Position numbers and translations under genes: made by a program. Of a stretch of 64,000 bases of DNA, positions 52,281-64,000 are shown piece by piece. How positions within the stretch are numbered: position 1 is the first letter of the stretch; every line of letters begins with the position of its first letter. The notes under the pieces are model-generated. The model did no database searches. It was not told the DNA's origin and saw only the letters and a program-made list of their open reading frames with translations. This DNA comes from Octopus vulgaris (Eukaryota). The DNA is taken from contig OX597814.1 in assembly GCA_951406725.2 (NCBI GenBank), positions 56,172,001 through 56,236,000 on the forward strand, written 5' to 3'.

Positions 52281-52600
52281 AGGTACATGACTTAATGATT
52301 GGGGTATTTGATTCTTGATCATAAGGTCATGAGCTCAATACCTGGTAGCACATTGTATCCTTGAGCAAGATGCTTTATTTCACATTGCTCCTGTTCATTC
52401 AGCTGGTAAAAATGAGTAGTGCCTGTAATTCACAGGGCCAGCTTGTCACATTTTGTGTCATGCTGAATCTCCCTGAGAATTACATTAAGGGTACACATGT
52501 CTGTGGAGTGCTTAGCCACTTGCACATTAATTTCAACAGCAGGCCATTCCATTGATTGGATCAACTGGAGCCTTCATTGCTGTCATCAACAAACTGCCGA
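52281..52600 (+). mobile_element. tRNA/CORE-type SINE
   Basis: Degenerate tRNA head followed by ccttgagcaagatgctttatttcacattgctcc. Confidence 0.6.
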
Positions 52601-55600
52601 TTATATATATATATATATATATATAATCGTTGTCAGCATATCACAGGTCTGAGAAAGAAGCACACTCTAAAGTAATGTATTTATAAGTAGTTGAGTATAT
52701 ATCCAGTCATAGAGTGATCAATGGTTTCACAGCCATAAGGCACTGAGCCCTATGGACAAGCAGTAAAACCTTAATGGCAAAGGGCATATACTTCTTCAAA
52801 CTGGAGGTAGAAATCTGTTTTACACGTGCACACACACACACACACACACAGGATTTTGTTAAAGACATAAACTATACTCTGATTTGAGATGTGTTTGTGA
52901 GAGTTCCTAATGTTGTTATTGCTTTAGATGTAGTTCATCATTGATCTAAGAAATTTGTGACCAACGCATGCCAACCATGATCATCTTATTTTTGTTATTT
53001 TGTTCCTGATACAATGTATCTAAGACTATATCTAGTAAGGATTTTTTTTTTTCTTATTAAGATTGAATGGTGTAGTAGAGAAAGGTTTGGTTGCTATATC
53101 TAATAGGTCAAAGAGGCTTCATTATAAGATTATATGAAATAGCTTGCTATGTGAGTTTATATATCTCTATGTGTACAAGACTTTTTCCACCTCTGTGTAA
53201 TAGTAATATACTTGAGGATTATGAGACTGCTCTAGATGTGTATTGATCTTTTTGATCTAAACTTTGTGGGATCATATATTGATAGTAATAATGTTTATGT
53301 TTTAAATTGATTTCTTACAGTTTATATGTTTTGCTTTAATACATAAAAATACACACACAGTTTTGTAACAATTCTTTGATAGTATTTTTTTTACATGACA
53401 AACAAGAACTATACAGAATTCAGGTATATACCAATTTATATTATGGTAAAATGGTAAATACGAGTGCTGTGTTATCTTACTATCTGCCTATTAATGGAAT
53501 ATGTACAGCTACACACACAACAACAACACACATTCTTGCACCTATGAACTCCACTCCTACATACACACATATACATATTGGTTTGTTGGCAGTCAGTTGA
53601 TGCATGTCAGATATAATAAGACTCATGGATAGACTGGCAGGGAATCAACTATTTAAGCATAATTGTATGACTATCAGTAAACAGGTGAGGACTGAGCTAT
53701 AAAAATTGATGTATGTACACAACATCTAACTTTTTGTGTGTAATATTTGCTATAAGTGTTTGCAGGGCTGGCCCATATATAAAGGAAGACATGTAGGTAT
53801 AAAAAATCACAACAAGGGTAGTTAAATATACAGGGGAAATGAAAATGAATCCATACTGATCTATTAAACATCCATATGTAAGAGAATAAAATGGAAGTTA
53901 TAAATTGATGTAAACTGAAAGAGAAAGACAGGAAAATTATTTTTTGATTTTATATAAGTTATGATAATGAAAGAAAAAACTCCATTTTACAAAGAGATTG
54001 ACATTTTGGGCAAATAACTCAATAATTGACCTTTAATTTTTGTTTCACTGAAATGTTTGCAAGTTTAAGTTTTCTCTTTTAGATGCAACATTGGCCTCAG
54101 TTTCAGAAGTCATTAGAAAGTATGCAGTAATTCTTATGTGTAAATCGAAAAGCAAACGTTATCACTAGAAGGTAGTTCTGCTTTTTAATGACACATGGAA
54201 GAGACAGTATCTGTATGTTCACTGAAAATTTAATTTATAGTTATGAAAATTTCTAGCTTTGTGTAATTCATTTAATTAAATTCTAAAATATCAAATATTT
54301 GCCTGTGTGTTTATCAAAATTTAGGAACTTCTGCTGAAAAGTTATGGGTCCATATCTCATCACTGGTATTGCTGATACACAATTTAATTCTTAATCAAGA
54401 ATTAAGTGGTGCATTAGATGGTTCAAGTCTTATTAATTATTAATAAATACCACTTATAAATATCATTTACTGTTTCTCCGTATGAGCTCACTAAGTTCAA
54501 TGGCAGACACTCCAACGGACAAACATAGACTAAACCTCTCAGCCATATGCATCAATTTGACCATTGGATATGAGCCCTGTTTCAGATTACTCACAAACAT
54601 CCATTCTCAGATGAATATTTCACTTTATCATATGGAATTCTTCAATAATTTTCTTTGGAAGCATTGACATAATTTGTGAATCCATAAATATTACTTTGTT
54701 ACAGAAAATAGTCTAAAAAAAATGTATATCACTGAAACCTATGAAGTGCATTGATATCTCATTAGATGTAGTTGGAACTTATTTAGGTCACTCCATCTTA
54801 TTTAGGTCACTCAAATAGTGATGGTGATGATTGAAGAAAGTTGTAGCTAGAGTAAAAAATAAGTATAAGATTTTATTTATCTTTAAATCAGTCCTGATCA
54901 AGGATAAACATGTATGGTTTGCTGGTAGTTATTGGAATGAACAGGTGCAATTCATAGACCCATTGTCCCAGATATGAAGTGGTTTATTGTATGGTGAAGT
55001 GTGGCAACACTAGCTTATTTTCCTTTCTACATTCAAGTTTTTTTTTTTATTATTTTGTATGGTCTATGTTCTGTTGGTAGCCTCAGTAGAGACATAACTT
55101 ATTTATAGTGTGTCAATTGCTGTTGCTCTGCACTTACCTTTCATAATGTGCATCACAACAGTATCCAGTTAGTCTATTATTATAAGTATTTTGTTGTTTA
55201 GCTGATCCGTGAGCATCCTATAATGATATGAAGTGTGCTTTTTTGGGCAATTTTTTTAGTTTGTTATGGTTTGATTTGAAGAAACAAGGCCCCTAGGTTA
55301 GACTGGTCATTATACATGATGGATCTAAAGCATTGTTTTTGTTTGTACTCTAGTGTTAATACTTTCTTTGTTGACAAAGAGTAAATGTAGAGTTTTTTTT
55401 TAACAGGAATGCTGTTAACAGAGCCCAGTTAACTGTCACATGTGAACATGGTGGGGACCTGAGAATCCACATATCAGGGAAAAAAGTCTTGATAATGTAC
55501 CAGGAGTTTCAGTATGGAACAGCTTATCATCAAAAAGATTAATTGGACCCTTCTTTTTGATGGTACTGTGACTGGTCATATTTACTTGAAACTTGCAGCA

Positions 55601-56117
55601 ACAATCTGTCCTGCCAAGCATTCAAGAGGACTTTGAAGATGTGGAGTTTATTTCCAGCAAGATGGGGTACACTCATGTGACAATGGTAATCCTTGATGGG
55701 ATTTTGTCAAATTGGTGGTTTGGACAAATAGATTCTGTAGAATGCCTTGCATATTCACTGGATATTGCATCCTTAGTCTTTTTTGTGATGATACTTAAAA
55801 GATGAAGTTTACTGTATAAAGCCTTTACCAGTCAATGAATTTGGGGCAGTCATTGAATGAAAATACACATCAATACTAAATTAAATGTTTTTTGATGTTT
55901 GTGATTCTATTGCTTTGTGGTATCAGCAGTACCTGGACCGAAACACTCATCAGTTTGAAAACAGGTGTTCACAGAAAAAAAGAAAAAAAAATTAAACTTT
56001 GTCTGTAGATTCTGTTAAATTTAAAAAAAAAACACATTTTAACAAACTCTAACTTTATAATCATTCAGTGTGTGTATACATCTTTTTGGGAATACCCTGT
56101 GCATGTGTGTGTGTATG

Positions 56118-56157
<40 letters not shown>

Positions 56158-56555
56158 GTATGTATATTGGAAAAAAAGTAACATGACTAAAATTTCTTTC
56201 ACTAGTAAAGTAGCTTTATAGTTATTCTTTTGATTGTTTACAGAATTCAAAACTGATCATTATTCAAATATGAAAGGAGATTTTTCCCATTATGTTTATT
56301 TTTTACTTTGATCATTTGGCTTGAAATCAATTGGTTTGCAACATTGATTTTCATTTTCCCAGTAAAACAGGAAAATAAAGTCAAACACTGAAATAAACTG
56401 CACAGGTATTATATTCAGTACTGTTATGGGTATATAACAATTGAATAATTAGATTAAGCAACATTGGTAGAGTGATAGAAGTATTTCTTAAAGCTGTATG
56501 CAGTAATTAGGCCATGTTATGTTCTGAGTCTAAATTTCATTAAAATTAACTAAGA

Positions 56556-56814
56556 TGGTGGTTCTCAACCTTTTTTTTGGCTATGAACTCCTTTGATTCC
56601 TATTCTACTCTTCTGGACCCTAATAAGCATTCAATGTTTAAAAAAGTCCCATTATATTTTTATAGTTAAATATTATTTGGAATTCTATTAAAAAATTAAA
56701 AAAAAATATTTTGTGTATTGTAGAAATACAACCATTTTATTGCTGCATAAATTTTAACAGCAAAATCTTATGTGAAACCCCAAGGGCCATATGGACCCTG
56801 GTTGAGAACTTCTG
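56556..56814. mobile_element. hAT (Charlie-like) MITE
   Basis: TIRs tggtggttctcaacc and ggttgagaacttctg; degenerate 8-bp flanks aactaaga and ccctaagg. Confidence 0.7.
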
Positions 56815-57409
56815 CCCTAAGGTGTAATAAAATCAGTACCAGTAATTCATTGAGATTGATTCAGATGACTGTGTCCTCTTCTCTACAATTGTTTGGCCTA
56901 GTACTGAACATTGAAATCAATATTTAGCTCATATTTTCACAGTGATATATCCTCTGCTGGCTTTAGGTGACAAATAGGATAGAGGAGAGATGTTGAATTA
57001 CTGTACAAATTTGTTTTTATTTTGGTTTAGCACATTAGATAGTCTGTCATTTAGGCTGCATTACAGTAAACTTATTGTCTGTGAGAGGGAAAATTGATCT
57101 CATCGGAGAATCCTCGCAGTTTACTGTCTGACTATTATTGTAATTATACAAATCCAAGATTTATTGTGTAATTTTCTTCTGCTATTATCGTGACTTCCAC
57201 CACTGCTGTTGTTGTTATTGTCATCATCATCATCACCATTGTTGTGGCCACCACCACTACCACCACCACTTCCATTACTGTTGTAATCATTATTGTTGTT
57301 GTCACCACCATTACTACCATTGTCATTGTCATCACTTTCTCTCTGTCATAGTCATCATGAACAGTAAATACAGAAAACAACAACTGTTGTGCTTTGATCT
57401 AGTCCACCC

Positions 57410-57620
57410 TTTTCTATGCTAGGCACAAGGCCCGAAATTTTGGGGGAGTGGACCAGTCGATTAGATTGACACCAGTACGCAACTGGTACTTAATTTATTG
57501 ACCCCGAAAGGATGAAAGGCAAAGTCGACCTCGGCGGAATTTGAACTCAGAATGTAAAGACGAAATACCGCTAAGCATTTTGCTCGGCGTGCCAACGTTT
57601 CTGCCAGCTCACCGCCTTTG
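57410..57620 (-). mobile_element. SINE, family of 1410-1600, young copy
   Basis: Minus-strand head aaggcggtgagctggcagaaacgttggcacgccg...ttctgagttcaaattccgccgagg; CpG-rich. Confidence 0.75.
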
Positions 57621-58337
57621 ATCTAGTCTACCCTGCTACTTGGTTAACCTCCTATTGTGGAAGCCACTAAAATAGACCAACTTATCACACTGTTCCTATT
57701 GCTTGTACTTAGCAACAGGTGTCACATCAATCAGAAGTTTATTATTTTTTTAAATGGGTAGGGAGGCGTAGGCCCATGTTATGGATTGAAAATTGATATA
57801 GTTTTGCCTATCAAGAAATAATGAATTTGAGGAAGTGTTCATCAATAAAAATGTTATCTGTACCTTCCTCAAAATTATATGAAGAGCCCAAAACTTTCAT
57901 TGTTCTATTTATTTATTTTTTTTTTGGTTTGTTTCTTGTTTTTTTCACTCCTTAGTGTATCTCTTATAGGAACTGTCCCATATCAGGAGATTACAGTATT
58001 TGCACTAGTTCATCAGCATCTACATCATCATCATTACAGTACTAATTATATTTGTTTCAAATTTTGGCACAGTGCCACCAATTTTAGGGAAAATTATATT
58101 GACCGCAGTGCTCCACTAGTACTTATCAATTGTAAAAGCATGAAAAGCCTACTTCAACTTGGCAGAATATATATATTGTCTATGTTTTGTTGACAACAGT
58201 ACAGCTAAGGAACTGATTAACTTACACAACGTGTGTTTTATACATTCATAAATATGAAGAACTAAAAATTATTGACGGTTGGAATATAAACAAACACACA
58301 TACACACACACACACGTTTATATGTATAAATATATTA

Positions 58338-58392
<55 letters not shown>

Positions 58393-60780
58393 TTTCCAAT
58401 AGTTCTCTTTCTCCCTTTCTATGCACACACACACACACATGTTGTATACTACTGTTACAAAAAAGTAATAGCTGTTGGATTATACCTTGAAATGCAAGCA
58501 TGAAGAATAGACTCTTTGTAAACCTTAAAATATTCATAAGTAGTGAGTGAACTCGAAGAAAAGTTTAATTTCTAAATGTGTTGCCTCTGTTTTAATTTAG
58601 TCAATGTCTTTTTTCTTCTTTTTTTTTTCTTGTAAAATAGGTACTAGTAAAATATTGGTTTCAAATTTTGGCACATGGTACATGGAAGTGTTGCTAAGCA
58701 TTTTGCCCGGTGTGCTACCAATACTGCCAGATCACCATCTTAGATGCTTGTAAAATATTGGTTTAAAATTTTGACTCAAAGCCAGCAATTTCAGGGGTGG
58801 GCTAAGCCAGTTAGATTGACCCCTGTGCCTAACTGGTTCTTATTTTATCAACCTCAAAAGGATGAAAGACAAAGTCAACCCCGGTGGCATTTAAACTCAG
58901 ACCATAAAGATGAACAAAATACTGCTAAGCATTTTTCCCTGTGTGCTAACAATTCTACCAACTCTCTGCCCTTCAGGTGCTCATGAAATATTGAGATTAG
59001 AAATCAAAAGTTCTAATTCATACATATTTAAAGTGAAACACTGCCCCAAGATATTCATAACATTAAACAATATTGCCAATTTATCAATAAAACTAAATTT
59101 TTTATAATTTTCTTCTTCATTTTCCAATTTATATTGAAATCCCATTTTGTATAAGAATTATGAATGAAGAGCTAGTGTGTGTCTGTATATATGTGTGTGT
59201 GTGTGTGAATATCAATGTATCACTCAGTATTAGATGTTGTTATACACTGATAATCACAGTATGTTGTCACTTTTGAATGATACCATCCTCACTGGCTAGG
59301 TCGGCAGACCAATATCCTCCCTGAATGGGCCCCAGTCCGTCACAGGGTTACCCATTGACATCTGAGAATTAAAACCCTGATATCTTATGATTTTTAGTGC
59401 AACACCTTAACCACTAAGCTATATGCCTTCACACACATGTATATATGTATGCATGTATGTATATGTATGTATGTACATATGTGTGTGTATATATATATAT
59501 GATTTTGGAGATGCATTATTTTAGGAGTACCATAATTTGGCAACAACAAAAACTAATAGCAAATCTAAATAATCTACATTACTTATGAAGGAAAATTAGT
59601 TTTTGAAAACTGATTATTTGATACTTTTGCATAAAAATGTTTCAATTGTAAACATTCATTTATAAATCCTAATAGCCACATATATTTTTGTCAAGATGAG
59701 TGAATAAGCCAACTTTTGATTCCTTGTTTAGAAGCGGATTCAAGTGGTTCACTCACTAACACATTACAACCTCTGGCTCAAAGATCTCTTGCTCCCTCAC
59801 CCTGCCTGTTTATCACTTTTACAAGATTCTTTATTTCACTGAACTACAATGCCTACCCATTCTCACCTAACATATTTGTTGTATATTCTTCTCTTGTCAC
59901 CTATATTCTGGTCCCCTTTCTTACACATACAGTACTGGTCAGTCTTTCTCTTTAGAACTTATTTATCTAGAATTATTTTCCTTGCTGATCAATTTCAGCA
60001 CATTTCCCTTGCCATCCTCCAAGGCAATGCCTTTTCCATTTCATCTGTGAGACCATGAGGTGGTCTAAAACTAACTATCAAGTGGTAAGAAATCATAGTG
60101 GCTTTGAAAGCATTTTACACCTCTGCTTGACTTTTCAGAAATGTAGTGGACCATGGGTTTCAGAGACAAAGAACAGATGCTTAGACTATTATAAATTTCA
60201 GAGGACCCATGGAGGTCCAATGTATTTTCTCATCCTCCTGGTTAAAATATTTTAAAAAATACACAAAATAGGTGTCATCAGCTCACAATCTCATTCCCAT
60301 TTCTTCATATATATGTTGGGCAATATGTATGTGTGTGTGTGTGTGTATGAATAACTTTTGTGTCTTAGTAACAAATCAATATCACAAAATGATTATGCAT
60401 TTTTTTTTTACTCCTTGAAATCTCAAAAGATAAAAATAAAAAAGTGAATAGTTAAGTAGAAAACTTACCAAATTTCCAAGAATTACCAACAATATATAAA
60501 TCCAAATGTTATAGAGTAAAAGAAAATTTCACGCTTTAGAACTTCGGTAAATGCTGTTTAATTCTTTATATCATAAGCAGTAGTATGTAACAATATTCTA
60601 GTAAGTTAGTGATACATATTTCCATCCTTATAATTATATATTACATAAATATATTATGTATATGTATAAATATCACGAATATAAATAATTATATATATAT
60701 ATTGATAGATAAATAGACAGATATATATATGAATAAAAGTTAAACACGTGTGCACAATGATAGCGTGAGATATATATTGA

Positions 60781-60845
60781 CTGATTCTACTTGTTTCTGT
60801 TTTGGAATAGTGGGTTTACTACTCCAAATAACAAATCAATGTCAG
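60781..60845 (-). other. Decayed hammerhead-like hairpin
   Basis: Long stem tgttatttggagtagt/actattccaaaaca followed by GAAA-caag-TA-gaatcag. The CUGANGA box is degenerate. Confidence 0.35.
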
Positions 60846-61404
60846 ACTGTAAGTAGTTAGGATGTATTTTACTTTCTTGTAGCTTTTGTTGTATACAGGT
60901 ACATGTGTGTGGTGTCATGTATGTACATATATATATATACTCACATATACATATATGCACACACACACACATACACACATGTATTTGTGTAAGGGGAGGG
61001 AGAATGATGAATGCAGTGTTCAGTGCTTCATTTTTTTTTGTTTTTGTTTGTTTGTTGTGCTATCTCATTTCTGTGTTGACTGGTATAAAGTTACTTGCTG
61101 CCTCATAGGTTGATGTAGTTACAATGGCAGCAGCAGTAGTAGTAGTATTTAGTTAGAGCTGGCCAGTTGATAGAGTTGATAGCAGGAGACTTTTTTTATT
61201 TCTCCTCTAGTAATGGTGCCATTCAAAGAATCTCTTGGTGGAATTCTTAATATCTTAATTAAACACTATAATATTTATAAGTGCGCATGTGTGTGAACAC
61301 ATTATACACGTGTGTATAAATTTGTGTGTGTTTGTGTGTTTGTGTGCATATATATCATGTATATTTATTATAAATATATTTATGCATGCATATGTGTGCG
61401 TGTG

Positions 61405-61454
<50 letters not shown>

Positions 61455-62606
61455 TATGTATATATGGGATGCCCACAGTCAAATGACTGAAAAAAGTAAA
61501 AGAATGAAAGAATTATACATATATATATACACACACAGGCATATATATGTGTGTGTTTGTATATCCAATACACGCACTGTCACACATACATCATTATTAT
61601 CATTTTGTGTTTGCTTTCCATATGTTGAACAAGTTATCATGATTTCTGTTAATTATTATTGGGAGTTGGGGGTCATTACACATCTTATTTCTGTTTCATT
61701 TGTGACTTGGTTTCTATGGCCAGTTGTCCATCTTATCACCAACCACTTTACAGAGTGTACTGGGGGCATTTCATCAAGGGACAAGAACTAGTGAGTTTGT
61801 TATGTCCTTGATAAGACCAAACTAAAATGTTCTCTCAAACTTATGCTTTTGCCACTTATCTGCAAGCCACTTCACGGAGTATACTGGGTGCATTTTATCA
61901 TGGCACCAGCACAAGCAGGGATTTCTTTGTGCACCTTAAAAGTAAAGAGTCCTTACTTCTCAAAGCGGTATAACTGAGAAGGTGGATAGAAAACAGTAGT
62001 GAGTGAAGAATCAGGTTAAGTAAATGAAGGATGCAAAACTATGATGCTAAAAACAAAGTGATTTAGGTAAGAAAAAAAGGGTGAGTATTGACAGAGGTGT
62101 CCAATAGGAGGAGTGGGTGATTGGTTGCAATAACAATTGGCCAAGAGAGAGTGAGTGATGACTGGCAGTTCAGAAAGTGTTAAGGTAGAATATATTGGGT
62201 ACAGGTGTGATGCAATTCTTATACAGAAGCCTTTGCTTAAATAAGACATAGAGTGATAATGATAAAAGTAGATGGGGACTGAATACACGTAGGTACTGTC
62301 CATCATCATATGGGTAGCATGAATGATAGAGCGATGAATTACAAGAAGATGAGAGGACATTAGAGTGAGGTAGTGGCGGTAAGGCATCACTTTAGAGTGG
62401 AAAATGTGTCTGGATCAATTCATTAATTCAAATGGAGAGTACTTTGGAGGCAATAAAAGTGTAAACATGTAAAACCAAATGCATAATATAATATTGCAAA
62501 ATTCTAGTTTCTTTTGGGTGCCTCCTCATATATATGTATGTGTGTTTATATATGTATGTATATGTGTCTGTGTGTGTGTATATATATATATATACACATA
62601 CAAACA

Positions 62607-63473
62607 CAGGGTGCGATGGGTAAATTGTTGCTATTTTATCATTTTAATTTCACGTATGTGCATTGTTTGTTTTTGATTTTGTCAACTACACAGTATAGTA
62701 GGGTCAGTTGGGCACCATCTGTGTGGAAAACAGCACCATGACACAATTCACCCTGCCAGAAATTTGAAAATGACATGCTATACTTCTTGGCATTCATGCT
62801 GGAAGCACATTTCAGAGTGTTTGGGTGTCAATCTGAGTATCTGCCGTATCCCCAAAACGTACCAAGAGTGATAAAAATCAAGCATCCAGTCAATATCATG
62901 GTGTTTGGAGTGATCACTAGTGATGGCAGCATTATACCTCCATTCATCTTAACACACAGCCTCAGACTCAATACGGAGGCCTACATCAAGTGCCTGGAGG
63001 AAGTAGTGCTGCCATGGGTGAAGAAGGTGACTGTTGGAAGCCCCTATGTCTGGCAACAGGACTCTGCACCACACAAGCAGGAGAACCCACTCATGGCTGT
63101 CAGACAATTTCTGTGACCACATCATCCCTAACATCTGGCCACCTAACTCCCCAGACTGCGGCCCCCTTGATTATCATGTGTGGGGCGCAGTTGAGCGAGA
63201 GAGATGAACAAAACTCCTTGTAACACTAAAGATGAACTGAAGGCAAGGATTATGGCAGTATTCACCAGCTTAAACGTCATGAAGAGTTGCAGGAGATTTC
63301 AAAGTTGTCTGGAGGCCATGGTTGAAGCCAATGGTGAATTTATTGAATAAATTTACTCTTTAGTATTTCAAGATATTTTTATGAAATTTTGGTAAGTATA
63401 TTTGTTAAAACGAGATGTCAGTGTTATTTTCATTTTTGTGTAATTTAGACAATAATTTATTCACTGCACCCTG
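62607..63473 (+). mobile_element. Internally deleted Tc1/mariner-superfamily transposon (maT/DD37D-like)
   Basis: TIRs CAGGGTGCGATGGGTAAATTGT and ATAATTTATTCACTGCACCCTG|TA. Transposase remnants IMVFGVITSDG, YVWQQDSAP and WPPNSPDCGPLDYHVWG, with frameshifts. Confidence 0.88.
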
Positions 63474-64000
63474 TATGTGTGTGTGTGTGTGTATTTTTGT
63501 ATATATGTGTGCATGTATATATATATATGTATTTTTGTATATATGTGTGTGTATGTATACACACACAAATGCACATACACTCATACATACAAATGCATAT
63601 ATACCCGGCATTGCTCAGGATTAAAATGGTATAATTTGTATATATATATATTTCAGTTATGTTGAAACAGGTGATACAGGAAAGTGAAGCATTGATAACA
63701 AAACATTGAACTAATTTGACATGTCATGTATCTATTTGGTGGAATCCAGGCCCTAACCTGCCATGGAAAATAGGGGTTGGTGGATAAGTGATTTTTGAAT
63801 GCACTGAAAAGCTGTCAGTGGATATACTCTCCTTTGCAGTGGTCAGCGCTGCATCTAACTTAACCCATTGTATGCTTGACAGTCAAATGAATGTAGGTGT
63901 AATTGAAATATTGTACATAAATGGGTACATTCTGCAAATAGGCTACAATGGGAAATGGCAATGTGAAAGTGAGTTGTTGAAATGTTGCAGAAGGGAAAGG

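Noticed and set aside
52680-52810. Possible hammerhead on the minus strand (TTGAAGA...gccattaagg/ccttatggc...GAAA)
   Set aside because: The core is mutated and stems I and III cannot be formed convincingly.
54890-55970. Possible ancient LINE remnant on the minus strand (similar impression at ~38770-39850)
   Set aside because: Only vague motif echoes; too decayed to call without a profile search.
57144-57383. 79-aa Val/Met/Thr-rich ORF
   Set aside because: Degenerate trinucleotide (CAT/CAC/GTT) simple repeat.
58630-58660. Candidate next FAM20B exon after a strong polypyrimidine tract (AG at 58639-58640)
   Set aside because: The required phase reads G TAC TAG, an immediate stop, with no FAM20 similarity.

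Overview
AT-rich, microsatellite- and SINE-dense animal genomic DNA. The repeat families look like Octopus (cephalopod), which is an inference from recognised repeat types. The only host-gene sequence I can support is one 124-nt coding exon of a FAM20B-like glycosaminoglycan xylosylkinase (2891-3014, +). The remaining ~61 kb appears to be a single intron filled with mobile DNA: a young CR1-group LINE fragment with an unbroken ORF2, a Penelope-like element (GIY-YIG ORF, hammerhead ribozyme, perfect 122-bp inverted pseudo-LTR), an RTE LINE 3' half with a PHD finger inside its RT, two Helitrons, Tc1/mariner, piggyBac-like and hAT MITEs, many tRNA-derived SINEs, and a 6.6-kb array of a 237-bp unit. 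The strongest unexplained signal is a set of five unrelated hammerhead or hammerhead-like elements. One is a tRNA-headed SINE ending in a hammerhead, and one may be a U3-A8 core variant. Three are fold-backs that invert at the ribozyme, and cores with intact catalytic boxes occur only antisense to the host gene. Also notable are an A_AAU_UUU -1 frameshift candidate in the LINE ORF1/ORF2 overlap and a satellite array capped by an RTE 3' tail. All analysis was by eye; no searches or folding programs were run.
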